32,000 nt of DNA from Rhodobacter capsulatus SB 1003 (GCF_000021865.1 NC_014034.1:570001-602000), one strand, 5' to 3'; positions 1 through 10,879 are shown, counted from the stretch's first letter. The notes: generated from the letters alone by a model not told the origin. Program-made: numbers and translations.

Positions 1-2202
<2,202 letters not shown>

Positions 2203-2419
2203 GGGGGACCCCTTCATGGATGGCGCGGCAAGACGCACCGGGCCTTGGGGTCCGGTGCGCAAATTGATGGGCGTTATAGTCGGGTGGCGGCGCGGCGCAA
2301 GCATCATTCCATGCGCGGCGGGCGGATTTGACCGCGGCCGCGGGCAGGGTGGCTTGACTTTGTCCGGCCTTCGCGGTTGATCGGGCGTCGATACGACAAG
2401 CCCGGGAAAGGGGAGAGTG

Positions 2420-4201
2420 ATGCACGCCTATCGCAGCCATACCTGCGCCGCCCTCAGCGCCGCGAATGCGGGTGAGGAAGTTCGTCTGTCCGGCTGGGTG
2501 CATCGGGTGCGCGATCACGGCGGTGTGCTCTTCATCGACCTGCGCGACCATTACGGCATCACGCAGATCCTGTGCGACGGTGACAGCCCGGCCTTTGCGG
2601 CGCTGGAAAAGGTCCGCGCCGAATGGGTGATCCGCATCGACGGCAAGGTGAAGCTGCGCGACGCCAGCCTGATCAACGCCAAGATCCCGACCGGCGAGAT
2701 CGAAGTCTACGCCCGGGAGGTCGAAGTTCTGGGCCCGGTCGAGGGCGATCTGCCGGTGCAGGTCTTCGGCGAGCCGGAATATCCGGAAGAAACCCGGCTG
2801 ACCTATCGCTTCCTTGATCTGCGCCGCGACAGCCTGCATCAGAACATGATGCTGCGTTCGAATGTGGTGCGCAGCCTGCGCAACCGGATGTGGGACCGCG
2901 GTTTCACCGAGTTTCAGACGCCGATCATCACCGCGTCCTCGCCCGAAGGGGCGCGCGACTTCCTCGTGCCGTCGCGGCTGCATCCGGGCAAGTTCTACGC
3001 CCTGCCGCAGGCGCCGCAGCAGTTCAAGCAGCTGATCATGGTGGCCGGTTTTGACCGCTACTTCCAGATCGCGCCCTGTTTCCGCGACGAAGACCCGCGC
3101 GCCGACCGCAGCCCGACCGACTTCTATCAGCTCGACATCGAGATGAGCTTCGTGAAGCAGGAAGACGTGTTCGCCGCGGTGCAGCCGGTGATTCAGGGTC
3201 TTTTCGAGGAATTCGGCAAAGGCAAAAAGGTCGATCCGAACTGGCCGCTGATCGCTTATCGCGATGCGCTCAAGTGGTATGGCTCGGACAAGCCCGACCT
3301 GCGCAACCCGATCAAGATGGCGGATGTGTCGGAACACTTTAAGGATTCCGGCTTTGCGATTTTTGCGAAACTTCTGGAAAACGAAGGCACCGAGGTTCGG
3401 GCGATCCCGGCGCCCACGGGTGGCTCGCGCAAGTTCTGTGACCGGATGAATGCTTTCGCGCAGGCGAACGGGCTGCCGGGCATGGGCTATATCTTCTGGC
3501 GAAGCGCCGAAGACGGGTCGATGGAGGCCGCCGGTCCGATCGCGAAAGCGCTGGGGGCCGAGCGCACCGAGGCGATCCGCACGCAGCTGAACCTGGCCGA
3601 AGGCGATGCCGTCTTCTTCCTGGGCGGCAAGGCGGAACAATTCGAATCCGTCGCGGGCAAGGCCCGGAACGAGATCGGCCGCGAACTGGGCCTGACCGAG
3701 ACCGACACTTTCCGCTTTGCCTGGATCGTCGATTTCCCGATGTACGAGAAGACCGACGAGGGCAAGATCGACTTCTCCCACAACCCGTTCTCGATGCCGC
3801 AAGGGGGCCTTGAGGCGCTGATGGGCGATCCGCTCAAGGTCTATGCCTATCAATATGACCTCGCTTGCAACGGCTATGAGCTGGTCTCGGGCGGCATCCG
3901 CAACCACCGCCCGGACATCATGTTCAAGGCCTTCGAGCTGGCGGGCTACCCCAAGGAAGAGGTCGAGAAACGCTTCGGCGGCATGGTCAAGGCCTTCCGC
4001 TATGGCGCGCCGCCGCACGGTGGCTGCGCGGCGGGCATCGACCGGATCGTGATGCTTCTGGCCGATACCGCGAACATCCGCGAAGTCATCATGTTCCCGA
4101 TGAACCAGCGCGCTGAAGACCTGATGATGGGCGCGCCGTCGGAGCCGATGAACGAACAGCTGCGCGAATTGCGGCTGCGGGTGCTGCCCAAGGACGCGTG
4201 A
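2420..4201 (+). CDS. aspS: aspartate--tRNA ligase (aspartyl-tRNA synthetase)
   Basis: ORF 2417..4201. The N-terminus [13 protein letters not shown]...[29 protein letters not shown] is the OB-fold anticodon-binding region. Class II motifs [32 protein letters not shown] and [14 protein letters not shown] are present. ATG 2420 is preferred over GTG 2417 because the SD AGGGGAG (2409-2415) sits 4 nt upstream. Confidence 0.96.
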   Translation: MHAYRSHTCAALSAANAGEEVRLSGWVHRVRDHGGVLFIDLRDHYGITQILCDGDSPAFAALEKVRAEWVIRIDGKVKLRDASLINAKIPTGEIEVYAREVEVLGPVEGDLPVQVFGEPEYPEETRLTYRFLDLRRDSLHQNMMLRSNVVRSLRNRMWDRGFTEFQTPIITASSPEGARDFLVPSRLHPGKFYALPQAPQQFKQLIMVAGFDRYFQIAPCFRDEDPRADRSPTDFYQLDIEMSFVKQEDVFAAVQPVIQGLFEEFGKGKKVDPNWPLIAYRDALKWYGSDKPDLRNPIKMADVSEHFKDSGFAIFAKLLENEGTEVRAIPAPTGGSRKFCDRMNAFAQANGLPGMGYIFWRSAEDGSMEAAGPIAKALGAERTEAIRTQLNLAEGDAVFFLGGKAEQFESVAGKARNEIGRELGLTETDTFRFAWIVDFPMYEKTDEGKIDFSHNPFSMPQGGLEALMGDPLKVYAYQYDLACNGYELVSGGIRNHRPDIMFKAFELAGYPKEEVEKRFGGMVKAFRYGAPPHGGCAAGIDRIVMLLADTANIREVIMFPMNQRAEDLMMGAPSEPMNEQLRELRLRVLPKDA

Positions 4202-4298
4202 TCTTCACGCAAGCGTGAGCAAAAGGATGCCGAAGGTGACGACAGCATCCTTTCGTTTGCGCGTATCCTTTCTGCCGGTCGCTGGGCGGGAGGGCAGG

Positions 4299-5672
4299 AT
4301 GGAGTTTTCGCAACTGGCGCAGGTGCGCTTCGGTTTCGGCCCCGCGCCGGGCAAGCCCGGTCCCGCCGATGCCGGGACGATGCTGGCGGCACTGGCCGGC
4401 CCCGATGATCTGGCCGCGCGCTGGCCGGGGATGACCACCGAACAGGCGCTGGCCGAAGGCCGGGCCTTTCAGGAGGCGCGCAAGGCTGCCGGAAACGCCA
4501 GCCCGGCCGAGGCCAAGGCGGCCGAAGCGGCGCTGACCGCGAAAAAACGGCACATGGCGGGGCTGTTGCGCGACAATCTGCAGCTGTCGCTGGCCCGCGC
4601 GGTCGAGGCGCCGGACGGCTTTCGCGAAAGGCTCTGGGCGTTCTGGCGCGACCATTTCACCGTTCTGGCGAAGCGGCGGCAGGATGTCGGCCTGTCCTGC
4701 GCCCACGGCGAGGCGCTGCGGCCCCATATCACCGGCAATTTCAAGACCTTGCTGCGGGTGGCCGAAACCCATCCGATGATGCTGATCTATCTGGATCAGA
4801 CCTTTTCGATCGGTCCGAATTCGCGGCGGGCGCAAAAGCGTCCCGGGCGGGGGTTGAACGAGAACCTGGCCCGCGAGGTGATGGAGCTGCACACCCTGGG
4901 CGTGGGCGGGCGTTACAGCCAGGCCGATGTGCGGCAGCTGGCCGAACTGTTCACCGGGATGCAGGCGGATTCGGGCGAGGATTTCACCTTTGCCCCGAAT
5001 CTGGCCGAGCCGGGGGCCGAAACGGTTCTGGGGAAAAGCTACGGCGGCGATCCGGCGCGGCTGGAAGACATTCACGCCGTGCTGGATGCGCTGGCGCTGC
5101 ACCCCGACACGGCGCGGCATCTGGCGTGGAAACTGGCGGTGCATTTCGTCGCCCCCGATCCCGATCCGGCGCTGGTGAACGCGATGGCCGAGGCCTATGC
5201 GGCGGCCGGGGGGGAATTGATGCCGGTCTATCGGGTGCTGTTGACGCATCCGGCGGCACTGCGGCCGCAATTCGCCAAGGTCCGCCAGCCCTTTGATCAT
5301 GTCGCCACCGGCTTGCGGGCGCTGGGTCTGGACGGGGCGGCGGTGATGACCTGGGACGAGCGCATGATCCGCGCCCTGGCGCTCGCGCCGATGCGGGCGA
5401 TGGGGCAATCCTGGCTGGTCACCGACGGTCCCGATGGCTGGCCCGAGGCGGAGGCCGAATGGATCTCTCCGCAGCAGCTGGCGGCGCGGATCAACTGGGC
5501 GATGCGGGTGCAGACCCTGCTGGGGCTGCGGCTTGCGGATCCGACGGCCTTTGCCGAAGCGGCGCTGGGGCCGCGGCTGTCGCCCGCGCTGGCGCAGGCG
5601 GTGCCGCGGGCGGAAACCCGGGCCGAGGCGGTGGCGCTGGTGCTGGCTTCCGTCGAATTCACAAGGAGATGA
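4299..5672 (+). CDS. DUF1800 family protein (function unknown)
   Basis: ORF 4215..5672. Motif MELHTLGVGGRYSQADVRQLAELFTG matches my recollection of DUF1800 proteins. It is followed 4 nt later by a DUF1501 gene, the usual partner. Start is ambiguous: ATG 4299 has SD GGGAGGG at 4288-4294, and GTG 4215 or ATG 4227 are possible. Confidence 0.8.
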   Translation: MEFSQLAQVRFGFGPAPGKPGPADAGTMLAALAGPDDLAARWPGMTTEQALAEGRAFQEARKAAGNASPAEAKAAEAALTAKKRHMAGLLRDNLQLSLARAVEAPDGFRERLWAFWRDHFTVLAKRRQDVGLSCAHGEALRPHITGNFKTLLRVAETHPMMLIYLDQTFSIGPNSRRAQKRPGRGLNENLAREVMELHTLGVGGRYSQADVRQLAELFTGMQADSGEDFTFAPNLAEPGAETVLGKSYGGDPARLEDIHAVLDALALHPDTARHLAWKLAVHFVAPDPDPALVNAMAEAYAAAGGELMPVYRVLLTHPAALRPQFAKVRQPFDHVATGLRALGLDGAAVMTWDERMIRALALAPMRAMGQSWLVTDGPDGWPEAEAEWISPQQLAARINWAMRVQTLLGLRLADPTAFAEAALGPRLSPALAQAVPRAETRAEAVALVLASVEFTRR

Positions 5673-5676
5673 ACCG

Positions 5677-6897
5677 ATGCTGACACGGCGTTTCTTGTTG
5701 AAAGGCGCGCTCCTGGCCGGGTGTTCGGCGGCGGCGCATCCGTTGATGAACGCGGTCACCTTTGCCGCCGTGCCCGGGGATCGGCGGCTGGTGGTGATCA
5801 TCCTGCGCGGCGGCATGGACGGGTTGGATATCGTGCAGCCCCATGGCGATCCGATGCTGGCGCAGCTGCGCCCCGGTTTCGCCATCGGTCCTGCGGCGGG
5901 GGCGGCGGATCTGGACGGGTTCTTCGGGCTGCATCCGCTGCTGGTGCCGAAGCTGATGCCGATGTGGGCGGCGGGCGAGCTGGGCTTCGCCCAGGCCGTT
6001 TCCACCCCCTATCGCGACAAGCGCAGCCATTTCGACGGCCAGGACATGCTGGAAGCCGGGACCGGCATGGATGTGCCGGTGTCGCGGATCCGCGACGGCT
6101 GGCTGAACCGGCTGTTGCAGACCCTGCCCGGGGCCACGGCCGAGACCGCCTATTCGGTCGGCGAGGAGGAATTGCGCATCCTGTCCGGGGCGGCGCCGAC
6201 GATGTCCTGGACGCCCGAGGCCTGGCTGGGCCTGTCGTCGCAGGGGCGGCGGCTGCTCGAATCGATCTATCACGACGACCCGCTGTTTCGCGATGCCGCG
6301 GAAGATGCGCTGCGGATGACCGCGCCCGAGGCGCAGATGGCCGGGGACGATTCCGCCCCCGCGCCGCGGCGGCGCCCGGCAAAACCCGAGGCGGTGAAAG
6401 TGCCCGGCCGTGATCCTCTGGCGGCCTTTGCGGCGGAACGGCTGCGCGGGGCGGCACGGATCGCCGCCTTTTCGCTGACCGGCTGGGACACCCACCGCGG
6501 TCAGGTCAATGCGTTGCGCCGCCCGGCCGAGCAGCTGGCGGCGGCGCTGACGACGCTGAAGAGCGAGCTTGGCCCGGTCTGGGGGGAAACGCTGGTGCTG
6601 GCGATGACCGAATTCGGCCGCACGGCGCGGCAGAACGGCAGCGGGGGGACCGATCACGGCACCGGCGGCGCGCTGGTGATGGCGGGCGGTGCGCTGAAGG
6701 GCGGCAAGGTCTATGGCCGCTGGCCGGGTCTGGCCGAGGCCGATCTTTACGCCGGGCGCGATCTGATGCCGACGGCCGACAGCCGCGCTTATGCCGCCTG
6801 GGCCCTGGCGGGGCTGTTCGGCACGCCGCGCGCGGCGCTGGAAGGCGCGATCTTTCCGGGGCTCGAGATGGGGACCGATCCGCGCTTTCTGGCGTGA
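5677..6897 (+). CDS. DUF1501 family protein (sulfatase/alkaline-phosphatase-like fold) with twin-arginine signal peptide
   Basis: Internal ATG 5677 of ORF 5434..6897 is preceded by SD AAGGAG (5664-5669). The N-terminus MLTRRFLLKGALLAGCSAAAHP carries the Tat motif TRRFLLK. The C-terminal segment TEFGRTARQNGSGGTDHGTGGALVMAGGALKGGKVYG is typical of DUF1501. Confidence 0.88.
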   Translation: MLTRRFLLKGALLAGCSAAAHPLMNAVTFAAVPGDRRLVVIILRGGMDGLDIVQPHGDPMLAQLRPGFAIGPAAGAADLDGFFGLHPLLVPKLMPMWAAGELGFAQAVSTPYRDKRSHFDGQDMLEAGTGMDVPVSRIRDGWLNRLLQTLPGATAETAYSVGEEELRILSGAAPTMSWTPEAWLGLSSQGRRLLESIYHDDPLFRDAAEDALRMTAPEAQMAGDDSAPAPRRRPAKPEAVKVPGRDPLAAFAAERLRGAARIAAFSLTGWDTHRGQVNALRRPAEQLAAALTTLKSELGPVWGETLVLAMTEFGRTARQNGSGGTDHGTGGALVMAGGALKGGKVYGRWPGLAEADLYAGRDLMPTADSRAYAAWALAGLFGTPRAALEGAIFPGLEMGTDPRFLA

Positions 6898-6898
6898 G

Positions 6899-7033
6899 TC
6901 AGGCGAAGAAGGCGGTCCAGGCGGTGCCGCCCACGGCGACGGCCAGACTAGCCGCGCCCAGGCTGAAGCTGGTCCAATGCGCCGCGTCGATCAGGCGCTG
7001 GTCGGTCAGATAACGCAGGGCTTTGGCTTTCAT
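6899..7033 (-). CDS. hypothetical small membrane protein (44 aa)
   Basis: C-terminal part of ORF 6899..7300(-), starting at internal ATG 7033. Sequence is MKAKALRYLTDQRLIDAAHWTSFSLGAASLAVAVGGTAWTAFFA. SD-like AGAGGA lies 5 nt upstream, third-codon positions are strongly G/C, and there is one C-terminal hydrophobic helix. No family recognised. Confidence 0.4.
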   Translation of the reverse strand: MKAKALRYLTDQRLIDAAHWTSFSLGAASLAVAVGGTAWTAFFA

Positions 7034-7169
7034 GGCGGTCCTCTGGCAGGGGATCACCCCCCAAGATCCCGCCCGATTGCGGCGGGAATCGGGAAAGATT
7101 CGCGCTTTTGCACGACAATTGCGCCCTCGCGCCCGGGCGGTTAGCCTGATCCGAAACGGGAGGGTGAAG

Positions 7170-7880
7170 ATGAAACGATTTGGTGAGGCGGTGACCGGCT
7201 GGAAGGCGCCGCAGTTTCCCGATGCCGGGGTGATCGACGGCCGGGCCTGCCGCCTGGAGCGGCTGGAAGAGCGGCATGCCGATGCGCTGTTTCGCGCCAA
7301 CAGCGAAGATGATGCGATCTGGGATTACCTGCCCTATGGGCCCTTCCCCTCCGAGGCGGGTTATATCCGCTGGGTGGGCGACATGGCGGCCTCGCGCGAT
7401 CCCCTGTTCTATGCGGTGGTGGAAAAAGAGACGGGCCTGGCTTCGGGGGTGATGTCCTATCTGCGAATCACGCCAGAGATGGGGGTGATCGAGCTGGGGC
7501 ACATCAACCTGTCGCGGCGGCTGTCGCGCTCGACCGCGGCGACCGAGGCGATGATCCTGATGATGTCCTGGGCCTTCCGGGCGGGCTATCGGCGGTTCGA
7601 ATGGAAATGCGATGCGCTCAACATCCCGTCGCGCCGGGCCGCCGAACGGCTGGGGCTGAGCTATGAGGGCACGTTCCGGCAGGCGGCGATCGTCAAGGGG
7701 CGCAACCGCGACACCGCCTGGTTTGCCGCCACCGACAAGGATTGGCCGGGCCTGCAGGAGGCCTATGAGGCCTGGCTGTCGCCGGCGAATTTCGACGCCA
7801 AGGGGCATCAGATCGAGCGCCTTTCGGACCTGACGCGGCTGGTGCGGGTTGCTTCTGATCCGGTGTTGGCCGGGCAGTAA
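7170..7880 (+). CDS. GNAT family N-acetyltransferase (RimJ/RimL-like)
   Basis: Internal ATG 7170 of ORF 7023..7880 with SD GGGAGGG upstream. The core VIELGHINLSRRLSRSTAATEAMILMMSWAFRAGYRRFEWKCDALNIPSRRAAERLGLSYEGTFR matches the GNAT acetyl-CoA binding fold. Confidence 0.82.
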   Translation: MKRFGEAVTGWKAPQFPDAGVIDGRACRLERLEERHADALFRANSEDDAIWDYLPYGPFPSEAGYIRWVGDMAASRDPLFYAVVEKETGLASGVMSYLRITPEMGVIELGHINLSRRLSRSTAATEAMILMMSWAFRAGYRRFEWKCDALNIPSRRAAERLGLSYEGTFRQAAIVKGRNRDTAWFAATDKDWPGLQEAYEAWLSPANFDAKGHQIERLSDLTRLVRVASDPVLAGQ

Positions 7881-7886
7881 GGCTTT

Positions 7887-7937
7887 GCGTATTTGAGCCA
7901 GGAAAAAGCTGCCGGTTTCTTCTTGGCCCAAATACGC
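7887..7937. repeat. imperfect 17-bp-stem palindrome between convergent genes (GCGTATTTGAGCCAGGA ... TCTTGGCCCAAATACGC)
   Basis: The arms pair with one G.U and one mismatch, and no T-run follows. It shares the core TATTTGAG-N-CA..G / CTTGG-NN-CAAATA with the centre of the element at 10893-11023. Confidence 0.6.
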
Positions 7938-7967
7938 CCTTGTCCCGATCCGTCCGGGGCGCCGGCC

Positions 7968-8678
7968 TCAGAACCCGGAAGCCGCCGCCAGACGGGCCTG
8001 CACGATCCCGGTCAGATGCGAGATCGCGGCCGGGCTGGGGGTGGTCTTGCCCCCCAGCGCCGAGGCAGCCGATTCAAGATCGCCATCATGGGCCGAGCGT
8101 GCCACCCCGGCCAGGAACTGCGCCACATAGCCCAGCACCGCGCCATCGGGACCGGCGGCCAGAACCTCGGCCACATGGTTCAGATCGTCGCGCAGGGCGA
8201 GCGGATCGGGCGAGACCTTGTCGTCATTCATCGGCCGCACCCCGGCCGGGCGCACGTCGGGCGGCAGGACCGAGAGCACCCGCGCCTGAAAGGCCACCAG
8301 CGAATCGAGCGGTTTTTCCATGAAGGCATCCGCCCCCGCCGCCATCGCTTCGGCCATCATGCCGGGATCGCCGGAAAGTCCGATCACCGCCGGGCTGCCG
8401 GGACCGGCGGCCTTGATATGGCGGATCAGATCGGCGCCGGAGCCATCGGGCAGGCCCATGTCCACCACCACCACATTCGGCCGGTAGGTGGCCAGATGCC
8501 GATGCGCCGAGCGCAGGCAATCGGCCCGGCGGATCCGCGCCCCCGAACGCAGGCACAGAAGCCGTACCGCCTCCGAGGCGAAGCGGCTGTCTTCGACCAG
8601 AAGCACGGTCAGCCCCAGAAGCGGGCGTTCCGCGGTGGCGGGTCGGCAGGCAAGGAAAGAGTTCAGATCGTCGGTCAT
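7968..8678 (-). CDS. response regulator: CheY-like receiver domain plus ~100-aa unassigned C-terminal domain
   Basis: ORF 7968..8711; start taken at ATG 8678 (MTDDLNS...). Receiver signatures are VLLVEDS, the phospho-acceptor context VVVVDMGLPDGSG, GLSGD and FMEKP. The C-terminal part (DPLALRDDLNHVAEVLAAG...ISHLTGIVQARLAAASGF) contains no recognisable DNA-binding or enzymatic output domain. Confidence 0.85.
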   Translation of the reverse strand: MTDDLNSFLACRPATAERPLLGLTVLLVEDSRFASEAVRLLCLRSGARIRRADCLRSAHRHLATYRPNVVVVDMGLPDGSGADLIRHIKAAGPGSPAVIGLSGDPGMMAEAMAAGADAFMEKPLDSLVAFQARVLSVLPPDVRPAGVRPMNDDKVSPDPLALRDDLNHVAEVLAAGPDGAVLGYVAQFLAGVARSAHDGDLESAASALGGKTTPSPAAISHLTGIVQARLAAASGF

Positions 8679-8730
8679 GGCGCCACCCTGGCAGAGGAAT
8701 TGCGGTCCCATGAGTTAACGATGCATTTGC

Positions 8731-8746
8731 CTAACGTCGGGTTAAC
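8731..8746. promoter_or_regulatory. CtrA-box-like motif CTAA-N7-TTAAC (8 of 9 matches to TTAA-N7-TTAAC)
   Basis: The sequence ctaacgtcgggttaac lies in the 141-bp divergent region between the response regulator (start 8678) and mce (start 8820). An extra TTAAC occurs at 8715-8719. Confidence 0.3.
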
Positions 8747-8819
8747 GCAAACAGCGAAAGCCAGGCTTGCATCGCGGTTTTCGCCCCCCTATGCGAAGAA
8801 AAGCAAAGGGAGGCCCATC

Positions 8820-9224
8820 ATGATCGGACGTCTGAACCATGTCGCCATCGCCGTGCCGGATCTTGCGGCGGCGTCGGCGCAATATGCCAACACGCTTGGC
8901 GCAAAAGTGAATCCGCCGCAGGACGAGCCGGATCACGGCGTCACCGTGGTCTTTATCGAACTGCCCAACACCAAGATCGAGCTTCTTTACCCTCTTGGTG
9001 AAAACAGCCCGATTCAGGGCTTTCTGGACAAGAATCCCTCGGGCGGGATCCATCACATGTGTTTCGAGGTCGAGGATATCCTGGCCGCGCGCGACAAGCT
9101 CAAGGCCGAGGGCGCCCGCGTTCTGGGCACCGGCGAGCCGAAGATCGGCGCGCATGGCAAGCCCGTGCTCTTCCTGCATCCGAAGGACTTCAACGGCTGC
9201 CTGATCGAACTCGAGCAGGTGTAA
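8820..9224 (+). CDS. mce: methylmalonyl-CoA epimerase (VOC/glyoxalase fold)
   Basis: Internal ATG 8820 of ORF 7893..9224 with SD AAGGGAGG upstream. The 134-aa product MIGRLNHVAIAVPDL...GGIHHMCFEVEDI...LFLHPKDFNGCLIELEQV matches the epimerase family in length and metal-ligand pattern. Confidence 0.88.
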   Translation: MIGRLNHVAIAVPDLAAASAQYANTLGAKVNPPQDEPDHGVTVVFIELPNTKIELLYPLGENSPIQGFLDKNPSGGIHHMCFEVEDILAARDKLKAEGARVLGTGEPKIGAHGKPVLFLHPKDFNGCLIELEQV

Positions 9225-9242
9225 GCCTTTCGGCTGGCGGGC

Positions 9243-9932
9243 TCAGCGGCTCGCCAGCCGGTGAAACAGATGGGTGAAGGCGGCAGCGCCCACCACCGGC
9301 ACGGCCAGGTTCAGCACCGGCACCGTCAGCGGCAGCGCCATCAGCGCGCCCGAGGCCCAGATCGTGCCCTTGTTGGCCGCATAAAGCGCCTTCGCCTCGG
9401 CCCGGCCCATGCGCCGCACCGCCGCCATCTGGAAATATTCGCGCCCAAGCAGATAGCCGTTCAGCGCGAAGAAAACGACGGGCGCCAGGGGCCCGACGAA
9501 CAGATAGACGATCAGCGCCACAAGGTTCGCCCCCAGCACGACGCCGAAAAACCGCAGGCTGTCGCCCAGCGTCTCTGACAGGCTCAGGCGGCGCACGGGG
9601 GGCAGGCCGGGGTAATGATGCCGCTCGACCAGGTCGGCGACCTCGTCCAGAAAGAAGCCGGTGAAGATCGAGGCCACCGGCACCATCAGGAAGACCGAGG
9701 CGATCAGCATCACGCCCACCGAGGCGATCGACAGCGCCGGGTCGATCCAGCCGATCTCGCCAAAGAAGGGCAGGGTGATCGTGTCGGGGACGAACCAGCC
9801 GATCAGTTCAAAAAGGCCGAACCAGACCACGAGCAGCAGAAGGATGGCGAGGCCGATGCCCTTGAGAAGAACTTTCAGCGCGCCGGGACGGGCCAGATCG
9901 GCCCAGCCGCGCAGGAAGATGTCAAAGATCAT
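9243..9932 (-). CDS. EI24/CysZ-like integral membrane protein
   Basis: ORF 9243..10028; start at ATG 9932 (MIFDIFLRGWADL...) or 9944 (MGKRM...). It has several TM helices and resembles the CysZ/EI24 family as I remember it. ATG 9932 overlaps the upstream stop in an ATGA junction. Confidence 0.82.
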   Translation of the reverse strand: MIFDIFLRGWADLARPGALKVLLKGIGLAILLLLVVWFGLFELIGWFVPDTITLPFFGEIGWIDPALSIASVGVMLIASVFLMVPVASIFTGFFLDEVADLVERHHYPGLPPVRRLSLSETLGDSLRFFGVVLGANLVALIVYLFVGPLAPVVFFALNGYLLGREYFQMAAVRRMGRAEAKALYAANKGTIWASGALMALPLTVPVLNLAVPVVGAAAFTHLFHRLASR

Positions 9933-10534
9933 GCGCTTGCCCATGTGATGAGAGTGTCGGGATCGGGGCGGGGACGTTCGGGCGGCACCGCCGTCTCGGT
10001 GCCGATATGGATCAGCCCGGCGACCCATTCGCCCTCGGCCAGACCCAATGCCGGGGCGGCAAAGCGCAGATCATGCGCGACCCAGCCGGTCAGCCAGGAA
10101 GCCCCCCAGCCCGCCGCCAGCGCGGCATTGAGAAGCTGCATCCCCGCCGCGCCGACCGACAGGGTCTGCTCGATCGCGGGCACCTTTTCGGTGGGCCGGG
10201 GCACGGCGATCAGCGCGACGCAGAGCGGGCTTTGCGCGAATTGCGACACGCCCTTGGCCGCCACCTCCTCGGGCAGAAGATGGGTGGCGGCGAACACCGC
10301 GGCTTCGTCGGCCAGCCGTTCCAGCGCGGGCTTTTCCAGAACGACAAAGCGCCAGGGCTCCAGCTTGCCGTGATCGGGCACCCGCGCGGCGATGGTCAGG
10401 ATCTCGCGCAGCGCGGCCCGGTCGGGCGCCGGGGCGGCGAGCAGCTTCGGCGGCCGCGAGCGGCGGGTGGCAAGGAAGGTGAGGGCCGCGGCGTCGCGCC
10501 GGGCGGGGTTGACGGTGCCGGGGGGAATATCCAT
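9929..10534 (-). CDS. nitroreductase family protein
   Basis: Internal ATG 10534 of ORF 9929..10657, giving 201 aa. Signatures are LATRRSRPPKLL (RRS motif), ARVPDHGKLEPWRFVVL and GASWLTGW. Confidence 0.85.
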   Translation of the reverse strand: MDIPPGTVNPARRDAAALTFLATRRSRPPKLLAAPAPDRAALREILTIAARVPDHGKLEPWRFVVLEKPALERLADEAAVFAATHLLPEEVAAKGVSQFAQSPLCVALIAVPRPTEKVPAIEQTLSVGAAGMQLLNAALAAGWGASWLTGWVAHDLRFAAPALGLAEGEWVAGLIHIGTETAVPPERPRPDPDTLITWASA

Positions 10535-10627
10535 CGCGCATCTCCTGTCTGAGAAAGATATCGGCGGTCGCGTTCCGGATTGCAAGGACGGGACTTGCCC
10601 GGCCGGGCGGGGGCGGTAGAAGGGGGC

Positions 10628-10879
10628 ATGAATGAGGATCTGAGCCATCTTGCGCAACCGGGCGCCGAAATCGCGCTGCGCGTGACCCCCAAGGCCTCGC
10701 GCAACGAGATCGTCGTGGCCGAGGATGGGCTGCGCGCCTATGTGACGGTGGTGCCCGAGGGCGGCAAGGCCAATGCGGCAGTGGTGAAACTGCTGGCGAA
10801 AAGCCTCGGCGTGGCGAAATCGCGGCTGACCCTGATCCGGGGGGAAACCGCGCGTGACAAGGTGTTCCGCCTCGATTGA
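10628..10879 (+). CDS. DUF167 (YggU-like) family protein
   Basis: Internal ATG 10628 of ORF 10580..10879, giving 83 aa. The segments IALRVTPKASRNEIV...VTVVPEGGKANAAVVKLLAKSLGVAKSRLTLIRGETARDKVFRL are typical of the DUF167 core. Confidence 0.8.
   Translation: MNEDLSHLAQPGAEIALRVTPKASRNEIVVAEDGLRAYVTVVPEGGKANAAVVKLLAKSLGVAKSRLTLIRGETARDKVFRLD

Noticed and set aside
2354-2382. TTGACT-N17-TTGATC as a possible aspS promoter
   Set aside because: The -10 hexamer matches TATAAT poorly, so there is no way to support it without TSS data.
4089-6005. 638-aa minus-strand ORF
   Set aside because: It is antisense to the DUF1800 and DUF1501 genes, which have recognisable family motifs, an SD and a Tat signal.
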